From: an uncultured Bdellovibrionales bacterium
GTDB taxonomy: Bacteria; Patescibacteriota; Minisyncoccia; Moranbacterales; UBA1568
DNA length: 59,050 nt
Assembly: GCA_964594215.1 (NCBI GenBank)
Contig: CAZQLN010000003.1
Coordinates: 91,447-150,496 of the forward strand
Direction: 5' to 3'
Shown here: positions 30,414-39,922 of the stretch, in pieces
How the letters are laid out: each line of letters starts with the position of its first letter
How positions within the stretch are numbered: the first letter of the stretch is position 1
Notes under the pieces: model-generated
The model's database searches: none
Told to the model about the DNA's origin: nothing
What the model saw: only the letters and a program-made list of their open reading frames with translations
Position numbers and translations under genes: made by a program

Positions 30414-30484
30414 TTTTTCTCACGACACTTTCTCGCTAAAAACTAGTAGAAAAAAGCCTCCATTAGTGGTATAATTTAACTCAT

Positions 30485-31753
30485 ATGGGACTTTTTTCAC
30501 GTTTTCCTTGGAAACAAGAAACTAATCTTTTTTTGGCGCTTGATATTGGTACTGAAATAGTCAAAGCGCTTATTTTTCGCGTCGACAATGACCAGAACCA
30601 CGCGGTAGTGATTGGCGTGGGACGCACCTTTCAAAAAGCCGGTAATATGCAAAGTGGAGCGGTTTCTGATATCGCCGGAGTTATTGAATCATCCCGTGAA
30701 GCCATCATACTTGCCAAACAGCAAGCTGGAGTGAAGCGTATCGAGCAGAGTATTATCGGCATCGCTGGTGAATTGGTTAAGGGAACGACAACCACTGTTC
30801 ATTATGAACGTGTCAATCCAGAAATTCGTATTGGTATTCCAGAACTCAAAATGATCATTCAAAAAGTCCAAGAGAAGGCCTACGAGCGTATCAAACGTCA
30901 GCTCGCGTGGGAAACTGGACAGTCTGATATTGAGGTAAAACTGATCAATGCGGCAATTGTAGATGTTCGTATCGACGGCTATCATGTAGCTAATCCTGTC
31001 AACTTCCAGGGCAAGGATGTTTCCATGAGTGTTTTCAATGCTTATGCACCAATGATCCATCTTGGAGCTCTGCAAACTATTGCTGATGAACTTGATCTTG
31101 ATCTTCTCTCTATCGCAGCTGAACCTTACGCAGTGGCTCGGTCTATTGAAGTAGAGGACATGCTTGATTTTAGTGCTATATTTATTGATATTGGTGGTGG
31201 CACTTCAGATATTGCTGTCATCCGTAACGGTGGTCTTGAGGGTACAAAAATGTTTGCTCTTGGTGGTCGCGCTTTTACAAAACGTCTTGCTCAAGAATTC
31301 AAAGTTTCCTTTGAGACAGCTGAGAAACTCAAAATTGAGTATTCCCTTGGCCAACTTCCTCCAGATAAGACTGCTCAGATACAAACCATTTTTGCTGATG
31401 ATTGTCGAGTATGGCTTGGTGGCGTGGAACTCTCCTTGATGGAGTTTGCTGAGAGTGATCTGTTACCATCGCGCATTTTTCTCTGTGGTGGGGGTTCCGC
31501 TCTTCCTGGTATCAGAGAAGCTCTCCTCAGTGACGAATGGACCAAGACTCTGCCTTTTTCTAAAAAGCCTCAGGTAAGCTACCTCCAACCAGAAGATATC
31601 ATTCGTATTAGTGATGCCACCGGAGAGCTCAATAATCCCCAAGATATTACTCCTATCGGACTAGCCAATCTCGCTCTCTTAGATCATATTGAAGAAGAGA
31701 AGATGCTTTCAAGTATTCTTAAAAAGAGTATGCAAGCGCTCGATAAAAACTAA
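30485..31753 (+). CDS. ftsA: actin-like cell division protein FtsA
   Basis: LALDIGTE phosphate-1, DIGGGTSDIAV, and LCGGGSALPG. Confidence 0.8.
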   Translation: MGLFSRFPWKQETNLFLALDIGTEIVKALIFRVDNDQNHAVVIGVGRTFQKAGNMQSGAVSDIAGVIESSREAIILAKQQAGVKRIEQSIIGIAGELVKGTTTTVHYERVNPEIRIGIPELKMIIQKVQEKAYERIKRQLAWETGQSDIEVKLINAAIVDVRIDGYHVANPVNFQGKDVSMSVFNAYAPMIHLGALQTIADELDLDLLSIAAEPYAVARSIEVEDMLDFSAIFIDIGGGTSDIAVIRNGGLEGTKMFALGGRAFTKRLAQEFKVSFETAEKLKIEYSLGQLPPDKTAQIQTIFADDCRVWLGGVELSLMEFAESDLLPSRIFLCGGGSALPGIREALLSDEWTKTLPFSKKPQVSYLQPEDIIRISDATGELNNPQDITPIGLANLALLDHIEEEKMLSSILKKSMQALDKN

Positions 31754-31757
31754 CTCT

Positions 31758-33764
31758 ATGGCTCAAACATTCTATATTGAAAGCGACGAAGAGATCATCT
31801 CTGCTATTGGTCGTTTACGTCATTCTCCTGATCAAGAGAACTATTTCGTTTTTCCAAAAAGAGCTCTCATTTTACAAAGTATTATCAATTTGCGCCTTTT
31901 CCAAAAAGAAGCTCAGAAAATGAACAAAACGATTATCATCGTGACTCAGGACGAAATAGGAAGAATGCTTGCTGAGAAATCTGGTATTCGTACTGAAACC
32001 TATTCTGATGAATTTGCCCAAAAAGCTAATCATCTTGAACTCAAACATCAGGAGCAACCACCTGAAGGTGTAGAGGCTCGAGCCGAAGAGCTCCTCCAAC
32101 AAGAGATTCCTCATGTCAAAGCGGAAGCTATCGGTAGTAGTAGTTTTTTCACTCAACCACCTAAAAAAGAAATTCCTTTACCAAGCCCAGCTCCAGTAGA
32201 GCCAGTAGCGCCGCCTAAACCTGTTCAGCAATTGCGTATTAGAAATGTCTCTCCTGAACGACCACCCGGTTTGAATTCGATGCGTACCGAAGCGACTCTA
32301 GCTCCCAAAATGATGCCTGACGTAACCCGACCAACAAGTGTGTCTACAGCCTCACCGCGCCCTCTAGTTCAGCCTCAAGCTCCTATACCACCACAACCAA
32401 GACCTGTTTACCAGGCTCCAACCCTTAAGAATCCTCCACAGGCACCGAAAACCTCTGTCCCACATACGGCAGAAAAATCTCAAATGCTTAAAAACTTTTT
32501 TGCAAATAACAAAGAAGCTGCTTCTCAACCTACTAAAGCACAACCACCAGTACCGCCTCGCGCAGCACCAGCTCCCGCACCTACTCCTCCTAAGTCACCA
32601 AAAACTCCTTCACCTGTAGTACATGGAAGTGCTAAAAAACTCCTGTACTTCTTTGGTTTTCTTTCCTTGCTTTCAGTCAGTTTGCTAGGAGCCTATCTCT
32701 TTTTTCCGAAAGTAACTGTTAAGATTACTCCTTTCACTACTGAAGAAAAAATAGAAAGCTCTCTTCGGGGAGTGACTAGTGGCGGTGAGGCACTCGATAG
32801 TACGCAGGTACGTTTACTTGAAAGAGAAATCCCAGTTACTATCACGGGCACAGCCACAGACAGCAGTGCTTCTACAACAGAAAAAGCTCGCGGTACAATT
32901 GTTATCTACAATGACTTTAGTGCAGAAGCACAGTCCCTTGTGGCCACTACTCGTCTTGAGAGTCCTGATGGTAAAATCTTTCGTCTCCAAAAAAGCATCG
33001 TCGTTCCAGGTAAAACATCCAGTCCTGGCGCTATCGAAGCTGATGTAATTGCTGATCAGGCAGGAGAGAGTTACAATATCGATCCAACCACGTTTACCAT
33101 TCCTGGTTTCAAGGGTAACCCAAAATTTGATAAATTTAGTGGTAAATCTGTCAAAAAAATGAGTGGTGGAGGTTCTGGTGGTTCAGAGGTTAAATCAATT
33201 GCTCGAGCTGACCTTGATAAAGCCGAAGCTGATGCTCGTGCTCAGGCAGAAACCGCTTTCATGGCTGACCTTGAGAGCAGTCGTGTACCTGGCGAATTTT
33301 TTCTCAAAGAAACCTTAGAACTCACTCCTCTTGAATCAGGAAACCGCCCCAAGGAGGGTCTTACTGGAGCCACTTTCGAGTATCAAAGAACCTTCAAGGC
33401 AAAAGCCTTTCTTATTCAAGAAAATATGCTGAAACAAAAAATAGAGGCTGCTGCCCAAAAGGAAAGTAGTGGTATTCGCTTAGAAGTTTCGAAGATTGAT
33501 CTTGATTATGGTGAGATTAGTCCGAATTACACTGATTCAACTGTAGGTATTCGTATCCATGCCCTCATTCATAAAAAGGCTATTCTTGATAGTGATTCTC
33601 TCAAGACTAAACTTCTTGGCCAAGATGCCGCTGGTATCCAAGCTTTTCTTGCTGAAAATCCGAGTGTTCAAAAAGTAGAGCTTGATTTCAAACCAAAATG
33701 GTTTGGTACCAGTATCCCTAAGAGTCTCAGTCGGGTTGATGTAGTTATTGTACCTGTTGAGTAA
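31758..33764 (+). CDS. bitopic membrane protein with Pro-rich linker, unknown function
   Basis: The ATG at 31758 follows the ftsA stop. An N-terminal globular domain of about 90 aa is followed by a P/A/Q-rich linker of about 180 aa, one TM helix (LLYFFGFLSLLSVSLLGAYLFF), and an extracytoplasmic domain of about 330 aa. Confidence 0.5.
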   Translation: MAQTFYIESDEEIISAIGRLRHSPDQENYFVFPKRALILQSIINLRLFQKEAQKMNKTIIIVTQDEIGRMLAEKSGIRTETYSDEFAQKANHLELKHQEQPPEGVEARAEELLQQEIPHVKAEAIGSSSFFTQPPKKEIPLPSPAPVEPVAPPKPVQQLRIRNVSPERPPGLNSMRTEATLAPKMMPDVTRPTSVSTASPRPLVQPQAPIPPQPRPVYQAPTLKNPPQAPKTSVPHTAEKSQMLKNFFANNKEAASQPTKAQPPVPPRAAPAPAPTPPKSPKTPSPVVHGSAKKLLYFFGFLSLLSVSLLGAYLFFPKVTVKITPFTTEEKIESSLRGVTSGGEALDSTQVRLLEREIPVTITGTATDSSASTTEKARGTIVIYNDFSAEAQSLVATTRLESPDGKIFRLQKSIVVPGKTSSPGAIEADVIADQAGESYNIDPTTFTIPGFKGNPKFDKFSGKSVKKMSGGGSGGSEVKSIARADLDKAEADARAQAETAFMADLESSRVPGEFFLKETLELTPLESGNRPKEGLTGATFEYQRTFKAKAFLIQENMLKQKIEAAAQKESSGIRLEVSKIDLDYGEISPNYTDSTVGIRIHALIHKKAILDSDSLKTKLLGQDAAGIQAFLAENPSVQKVELDFKPKWFGTSIPKSLSRVDVVIVPVE

Positions 33765-33808
33765 CCTCGTAATTCTCAAGCCCATTTTCCGCTTAAAGAA
33801 AACCTGCT

Positions 33809-34063
33809 ATGCTATCACCTGAAGAAAAAAGAGCCCTTCATCAATTAGAAAATGATCTTCTCATGCAAGAGGAGGAGAAACGACATCTCCTTACTCGAGA
33901 TCAGGCTCTTGCTCAAGAGGAACGTGTTTTACGGAACACTATTGCTCATGCTACCAAAAGTCTTGATGAGAACAAGGCTGAGAAGGCTAAGATAGAGCAC
34001 CTCCTTCATGAAGTGGCTGACTCTATTCAGAGGCTTCATGTTAAAATCAAGAATCACCGTTAA
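33809..34063 (+). CDS. small coiled-coil protein, unknown function
   Basis: 84 aa, highly charged with heptad-like spacing. Confidence 0.4.
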   Translation: MLSPEEKRALHQLENDLLMQEEEKRHLLTRDQALAQEERVLRNTIAHATKSLDENKAEKAKIEHLLHEVADSIQRLHVKIKNHR

Positions 34064-34081
34064 TACCTCTATTTCTACGCT

Positions 34082-35962
34082 ATGCAGGCCTCCGAAATTC
34101 GCTCACGCTACCTCAAATTTTTTCAGGACCAGAAACACACTATTGTTCCATCAGCACTCCTTGTTCCCGAAAACGATCCGACGACTCTTTTCACAGGCTC
34201 AGGTATGCAGCCAATTGTGCCGTATTTGTTAGGAGCGCCTCACCCCGAAGGAAGTCGCATCGCTGATTCCCAAAAATGTTTCCGTGCCCAAGACATTGAA
34301 GAAGTGGGTGACAACCGTCATACAACCTTTTTTGAGATGCTTGGTAACTGGTCTTTTGGTGATTATTTTAAGCAAGAACAGATTTCTTGGATGTGGCAGT
34401 TCCTTACGGAGGAATTAAATCTAGATCCAAATAAACTCTACTTCACTTGTTTTCGTGGTAATAATGACCTCGGCATTCCCAAAGACACTGAATCAGCTAT
34501 CCTCTGGCAAGAACTTTTCCGAGCCAAAGGTCTTGAGGTTGGTATTGGTGAAGATTCAGAGAAAAACGGGATGGGTGTCGGGGAGCATATTTTTTATTAT
34601 GATGAAAAGAAAAACTGGTGGAGTCGTTCGGGTGTTCCTGGTAATATGCCACTTGGTGAACCAGGTGGTCCCGATACAGAGATGTTTTGGGATTTTGGCA
34701 TAGAACACAACTTCCATGCCGAATCTGCTTGGAAGGAACTCCCTTGTCATGTGAATTGTGATTGTGGCCGTTTTATAGAGATCGGTAACAATGTTTTCAT
34801 GGAGTACAAGCGTATCGAAGGTGGTTTTGAAAAGTTGGCTCAACAGAATGTTGACTTTGGTGGTGGACTAGAACGCCTCATGGCAGCTGTCCAGAATGAA
34901 CCGGACATGTTTAAGGGAGATATTTTTGATACCTTACGAACTCACGTAGAGACTTTGTCTCACAAGAAGTATGGGGAAAACAACAATGAAACATACGCTT
35001 TCCGAGTACTCCTCGATCATATGCGAGCCAGTATTTTCTTAATCGCTGATGGCGTATTACCAAGTAATACTGACCAGGGGTATGTTCTTCGTCGCCTTCT
35101 TCGTCGCGCGATTCGCTACGCTGATGTTCTTGGTATAGAGGAAAATCAACTCTCTTCAACAGTTCTCCCCCTTGCTCAAACATACGAAGATACTTATAGC
35201 ATCCTTACTACCAAACGAGCTTCCATTGAAAAAGTTATTGCTGATGAAGAGGTAAAGTTTCGTCAAACACTTGCTCGCGGACTTAAGGAACTAGAAAAAA
35301 GACTCCGTTCAGGTACCCTGACTGGTCAGGATGCCTTTGATTTATTTACCACCTACGGCTTCCCTTTAGAGATGACTCAAGAAATTGCTATTGAAAAAGG
35401 TGTTACTGTCGATGAACTTGAATACCGTGATGAATTTGCCAAACACAAAGAACTCTCACGTACAGCAAGTAGCGGTAAGTTTAAGGGAGGTCTTGCTGAT
35501 AATAGCGCCAAAGTAACAGCCTTTCACACCGCCACTCATCTTATGTTAGCCGCGCTCCGCAAAGAACTCGGCACCGATGTTCATCAGGCTGGATCTAATA
35601 TCACTGAAGAGCGTACTCGTTTTGACTTTACCTATCCTGAGAAGGTGACTCGCGAAGTACTTGATCGTATAGAGATGTACGTAAATACTGCTATCCAGGC
35701 TGGAGCTAGTGTATCTACAATAGTTATGGATAAGGACGAGGCTCACCGCACCGGGGTAGAGGGGAGTTTCTGGGAAAAATATCCTGATAAAGTGACTGTC
35801 TACCAGGTAGCGGGTGCTGATGGCACCATCTACTCCCAAGAGCTCTGTGGAGGCCCTCATGTGACCAATACGAGTGAAATTCATCCCTTCGGACGCTTCC
35901 GAATTACCAAGGAAGAAGCCTCATCAGCAGGGGTTCGTCGTATCAAGGCTATTTTTGAGTAA
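34082..35962 (+). CDS. alaS: alanine--tRNA ligase (short form, no C-Ala domain)
   Basis: IRSRYLKFFQDQKHT...DPTTLFTGSGMQ class II core. Editing-domain motifs HTATHLMLAAL and CGGPHV. The protein stops at 626 aa. Confidence 0.92.
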   Translation: MQASEIRSRYLKFFQDQKHTIVPSALLVPENDPTTLFTGSGMQPIVPYLLGAPHPEGSRIADSQKCFRAQDIEEVGDNRHTTFFEMLGNWSFGDYFKQEQISWMWQFLTEELNLDPNKLYFTCFRGNNDLGIPKDTESAILWQELFRAKGLEVGIGEDSEKNGMGVGEHIFYYDEKKNWWSRSGVPGNMPLGEPGGPDTEMFWDFGIEHNFHAESAWKELPCHVNCDCGRFIEIGNNVFMEYKRIEGGFEKLAQQNVDFGGGLERLMAAVQNEPDMFKGDIFDTLRTHVETLSHKKYGENNNETYAFRVLLDHMRASIFLIADGVLPSNTDQGYVLRRLLRRAIRYADVLGIEENQLSSTVLPLAQTYEDTYSILTTKRASIEKVIADEEVKFRQTLARGLKELEKRLRSGTLTGQDAFDLFTTYGFPLEMTQEIAIEKGVTVDELEYRDEFAKHKELSRTASSGKFKGGLADNSAKVTAFHTATHLMLAALRKELGTDVHQAGSNITEERTRFDFTYPEKVTREVLDRIEMYVNTAIQAGASVSTIVMDKDEAHRTGVEGSFWEKYPDKVTVYQVAGADGTIYSQELCGGPHVTNTSEIHPFGRFRITKEEASSAGVRRIKAIFE

Positions 35963-35978
35963 AAAGGCCTTTTTGGGT

Positions 35979-36007
35979 TTGACAGTCAGGCGTATTTGCC
36001 GTATACT
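35979..36007 (+). promoter_or_regulatory. sigma70-like promoter for rplU
   Basis: TTGACA (35979-84), 17-nt spacer, TATACT (36002-07). Confidence 0.6.
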
Positions 36008-36037
36008 CTGTAAGTATCAAATTTCCTCTTAAAGACT

Positions 36038-36346
36038 ATGATTGCAGTGATTAAAACAGGCGGCAAACAATACAAAGTAACCGAAGGCATGAAAATCAAG
36101 GTAGAAAAACTACCAGGTGCTGTTGGTGACTCTATTACCCTAGAAACCCTCTTCGTAGGTGATGAAAAGGCTGTTTTGGTAGGTGCTCCTTTTCTGGAAA
36201 AAAATGCTGTTACAGCTAAGATTATTGATCATGACAAGCATGATAAGGTCAAGGGTATCAAGCACAAAGCCAAGAAGCGCTACCTCGTCCATTTCGGACA
36301 TCGCCAACCCTATACCGAGCTAGAGATTACTTCTATCAAAGCCTAA
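36038..36346 (+). CDS. rplU: 50S ribosomal protein L21
   Basis: MIAVIKTGGKQYKVTEG. Confidence 0.92.
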   Translation: MIAVIKTGGKQYKVTEGMKIKVEKLPGAVGDSITLETLFVGDEKAVLVGAPFLEKNAVTAKIIDHDKHDKVKGIKHKAKKRYLVHFGHRQPYTELEITSIKA

Positions 36347-36350
36347 AAGT

Positions 36351-36379
36351 AAAACCCACTCTGTAGAGTGGGTTTTTTG
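36351..36379. terminator. bidirectional terminator (rplU / recR)
   Basis: AAAACCCACTC-TGTA-GAGTGGGTTTT perfect hairpin. Confidence 0.7.
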
Positions 36380-36390
36380 TTTCCTTTAGC

Positions 36391-36981
36391 CTACATTTCT
36401 TGTCGGTTATCCATAGCTGAGCGAAGGGTAAGCTCATCCGCATACTCGATATCACCACCAGTAGACATACCGCGTCCGATACGAGTGACTGTTACTTCGT
36501 AAGGTTCTAGTTTCTTTTTGAGATAGAGGGCCGTCAAGTCACCTTCCGTAGTCGGATTAGTAGCCAGTATAACTTCAGTTACCCCAGTCTCTAAGCGTTT
36601 CAAGAGTTCTCCGATACGAAGATGATTGTTAGTAGCATTTTTGGAAGTTTCTAGCACCCCTCCAAGTACATGATAAAGACCATGATAGGTGCCTGCTCGC
36701 TCAATGGCAATGACATCGAGAGGCTCTTCTACAAGACAAATAGTGTTTTGTTCTCGTTTATTGTCTTCACAGATAGTGCAGAGCTCATCTTCAGCAATAT
36801 GAAAACAGCGTACACAGCTCTTAAGTTCTTCTAGGGCTTCAAAACTATCAGCAAAATCTTGGAGTTTAGCCGCGTCTTGTTTGAAAAGATAGAGAACAAT
36901 ACGCTCAGCCATCTTTGGTCCCACTGAGGGAAGTGATGAGAAATGAGAAATGAGCGACTGAAAAGCTTTGGGGTAGAGCAT
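36391..36981 (-). CDS. recR: recombination protein RecR
   Basis: LPSVGPKMAERI HhH motif, C4 zinc finger CVRCFHI...CTIC, and a Toprim region. Confidence 0.9.
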   Translation of the reverse strand: MLYPKAFQSLISHFSSLPSVGPKMAERIVLYLFKQDAAKLQDFADSFEALEELKSCVRCFHIAEDELCTICEDNKREQNTICLVEEPLDVIAIERAGTYHGLYHVLGGVLETSKNATNNHLRIGELLKRLETGVTEVILATNPTTEGDLTALYLKKKLEPYEVTVTRIGRGMSTGGDIEYADELTLRSAMDNRQEM

Positions 36982-36990
36982 GTTTTTGTA

Positions 36991-38349
36991 TTAGTGTAGT
37001 TTTTCGAGGTTTTTGAAGGTAGTAGAGTTTTCTTCGAAGTATAATTGAACTTTACCCACTGGACCGTTACGGTGTTTAGCAACGATAACATCAGCAATGT
37101 TTTTATTAGGAGTATCAGGCTTCACGCGATCCTCACGATACAGGAACATAACAACGTCAGCATCCTGCTCAATAGAACCAGATTCACGGAGATCAGAGAG
37201 TCTTGGTACTTGATCCGGACGAGACTCAACTGCACGAGAAAGCTGAGAGAGGGCAATAATCGGGATGTTGAGTTCACGGGCTAATTGTTTGAGGCCACGA
37301 GAGATCTCGGATATTTCCTGAACACGATTATCACTGTTACGGCTACGGCCTTCCATAAGCTGAAGGTAGTCGATGATGATAAGACCGAGATTGTGTTCGG
37401 CTTGGAGGCGACGAGCCATGGTACGCATCTCCATAATATTGAGAGAGCCTGAGTCATCTATGAAGATAGGGGCTTGAGCCAACACTCCCATAGCATCAGA
37501 AAGGCGTTCAAAGTCATTATTCTCACCTTCACTCGTCAGTTTACCGGTACGCAGTCTCCAGAGATCAACTCCTGCCTGAGCAGCAAGCATACGATCAACA
37601 AGCTGATCAGAGCCCATTTCCAAGGAGAAAACACCGACTGGAACTTTGGCATGAATACCTACCTGACGGGCAATATCGAGAGCAAAGGTAGTTTTACCAA
37701 CCGATGGACGAGCCGCAAGAATGATAAGATCAGATTTCTGAAGTCCAGCCAATAGATTATCGAGATCAATAAAAGTTGTCGGTACACCACGGAAGGCATG
37801 ATCACCTTTGTGAAGTTCATCGATACGATTGAAAGCTGTTTCAAGAATTGATTTGATTGGTACGAAATCTTGTTTGAGATACTTCTGAGAGATAGCGAAA
37901 AGCTTCTGTTCAGCTGAATCCAAAAGGCTATCAACATCTTCACTCTCGTCATAGCCCATCTCTACAATTTCGCTCGCTGCGGTAATAAGGCGGCGGAGCA
38001 GAGCTTTCTTCTGAACCACCTTGGCATAGTGAACGACGTTCGATGCAGAAGGTACAGAGTTAACCAGAGATGCGAGATAACTTGAACCGCCGATTTTCTC
38101 TAATTTTCCCTGCTCTTCAAGACGATTGGAAAGCGAAAGGACATCTATCGGATCACGAGCCTCGTAGAGAGCCAGCATAGATTCATAGATGAAGTTGTGA
38201 TCATCTTTGTAAAAATCACCCACCTTAAGAACATCAGCGATCTTGATGATAGCATCCTTATCCAACATCAAAGAACCCAAGACTGAAGCTTCAGCCTCAA
38301 TATTCTGTGGGGGAATGCGTACGTGATCTTGGTTTTGCTTGGTAGCCAT
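36991..38349 (-). CDS. dnaB: replicative DNA helicase DnaB
   Basis: PPQNIEAEASVLGS N-terminus, Walker A ARPSVGKTTFAL, and IIDYLQLM. Confidence 0.95.
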   Translation of the reverse strand: MATKQNQDHVRIPPQNIEAEASVLGSLMLDKDAIIKIADVLKVGDFYKDDHNFIYESMLALYEARDPIDVLSLSNRLEEQGKLEKIGGSSYLASLVNSVPSASNVVHYAKVVQKKALLRRLITAASEIVEMGYDESEDVDSLLDSAEQKLFAISQKYLKQDFVPIKSILETAFNRIDELHKGDHAFRGVPTTFIDLDNLLAGLQKSDLIILAARPSVGKTTFALDIARQVGIHAKVPVGVFSLEMGSDQLVDRMLAAQAGVDLWRLRTGKLTSEGENNDFERLSDAMGVLAQAPIFIDDSGSLNIMEMRTMARRLQAEHNLGLIIIDYLQLMEGRSRNSDNRVQEISEISRGLKQLARELNIPIIALSQLSRAVESRPDQVPRLSDLRESGSIEQDADVVMFLYREDRVKPDTPNKNIADVIVAKHRNGPVGKVQLYFEENSTTFKNLEKLH

Positions 38350-38446
38350 GATGGTTCTATATCAGATAATCCAGTATAGCTTGATTCCTCTTCACAGGGA
38401 AGGCTTAATTTGTGACTAAGTGGTGGAGTATTTCGAACCACGATTA

Positions 38447-38475
38447 TTGACAATAACCTATTTTAGGTGTATAAT
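38447..38475 (+). promoter_or_regulatory. consensus sigma70 promoter-like element pointing antisense into cysS
   Basis: TTGACA (38447-52), exactly 17 nt, TATAAT (38470-75). No + strand gene lies downstream. Confidence 0.35.
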
Positions 38476-38491
38476 ATAAATTGTATCTAAA

Positions 38492-39901
38492 TCACTTTTT
38501 TGCTATCACTTGCCCTTTGGCGGTATCTTCTACTCTGTACCCAAGAGCTAAAAGCTCATCACGCAAACTGTCTGAGAGAGCGAAATCCTTATTCTCACGA
38601 GCTATTCTACGTTGCTCTACAATATTACTGACTTCTTCAGGAAGAGCAGCTTCAGCTACTTCTCTTAAACCAAACAGGGTGTCGATAATCTCAAATACAA
38701 GAACCAGTCTTTTTGTGTCTAGAGTCTCATTCGCATCCATTTTGGTATTGAGGATTCTACACAGTTCTAAGATATGAGTGAGGGCCAGGGGAGTATTCAG
38801 ATCATCTTGAAGCGCCTCACGGATAGCTTGAAGCTCAGCATCAGCTCGGAATAGGCCGCCATCAACACCTTCACGCATAAGACGTCTCTTGGTATGGGTG
38901 ACGGTTTCACGATTTTTCTTAGCCTGAGTAAGAGCTTCCCAAGTGAAATTCATCTGAGTTCGATAGTGGGCCCCCAAGAACAACATCCGAAGATCCATAG
39001 GATCAAAACCTTTAGCCACGATATCTTCAAGAACATAGAAATTTCCTTTAGATTTAGACATCTTCTGACCATCAACCAACAAATGTCTGACATGCATCCA
39101 ATACTCTACAAACGGTTTCTCAGTCACACCTTCTGATTGGACTATTTCCGCTTCATGATGAGGAAAAATATTGTCCTCACCACCAGTATGGATATCAAGA
39201 GTATCGCCCAAGTACTCCATACTCATAGCGGAGCACTCTATATGCCAGCCCGGATAACCCTCACTCCATGGAGATGACCAGTGCATAAGGTGTCCACTTG
39301 GCGCCTTCAACCAAAGAGCAAAGTCCCAAGGATGACGTTTATCGGGGTGCTCCTCAAGACGAGCACCAACCTTCAGATTTACAAGGCTATTGCCCGAGAG
39401 AGCACCGTATTCAGGGAAAGTAGTAACATCAAGAAAGACATTACCATTAGACTCATAGGCATGACCTTTTTCGATCAATATCTCGATAAGGGCTATCATT
39501 TGCTTTACATGAGCAGTCGCTCGGGGAAAATAATGTGCAGGCAGAATATTCAGAGCCTTTTCAGTCTGATAAAAATAATCTTCATAAAAAGCACTGATTT
39601 CCTCTGGTGTTTTGTGTTCCCGTTTGGCTTTAGTAGCGATTTTATCTTCACCACTGTCGCCTTGATCCATATCATCATTGGTCAAATGGCCAACATCGGT
39701 GATGTTTTTGATCATCCGTACTTCATAACCTTCATCCTCGAGCACTCGACGGATAGTGTCTGAGAAAATATATGAACGAATATTACCGATATGAATATAG
39801 TCATAAACAGTCGGTCCACAAACATAAAAACCGACTTTACCGGGAAATAAGGGTTCAAAGTTTTCTTTTTGCTTAGTAAGGGTATTGTAGAAAACAGCCA
39901 T
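38492..39901 (-). CDS. cysS: cysteine--tRNA ligase
   Basis: HIGN and KMSKS class I signatures, plus [13 protein letters not shown]. The ATG at 39901 is preferred over the TTG at 39913. Confidence 0.93.
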   Translation of the reverse strand: MAVFYNTLTKQKENFEPLFPGKVGFYVCGPTVYDYIHIGNIRSYIFSDTIRRVLEDEGYEVRMIKNITDVGHLTNDDMDQGDSGEDKIATKAKREHKTPEEISAFYEDYFYQTEKALNILPAHYFPRATAHVKQMIALIEILIEKGHAYESNGNVFLDVTTFPEYGALSGNSLVNLKVGARLEEHPDKRHPWDFALWLKAPSGHLMHWSSPWSEGYPGWHIECSAMSMEYLGDTLDIHTGGEDNIFPHHEAEIVQSEGVTEKPFVEYWMHVRHLLVDGQKMSKSKGNFYVLEDIVAKGFDPMDLRMLFLGAHYRTQMNFTWEALTQAKKNRETVTHTKRRLMREGVDGGLFRADAELQAIREALQDDLNTPLALTHILELCRILNTKMDANETLDTKRLVLVFEIIDTLFGLREVAEAALPEEVSNIVEQRRIARENKDFALSDSLRDELLALGYRVEDTAKGQVIAKK

Positions 39902-39922
39902 AACAAGTCTCAACCAATCAAT

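Noticed and set aside
38481-38777. 98-aa + strand ORF downstream of the consensus promoter.
   Set aside because: It is antisense to the conserved cysS C-terminus. It is Ser/Leu-rich and low in complexity, with no SD. Only the promoter itself is reported.
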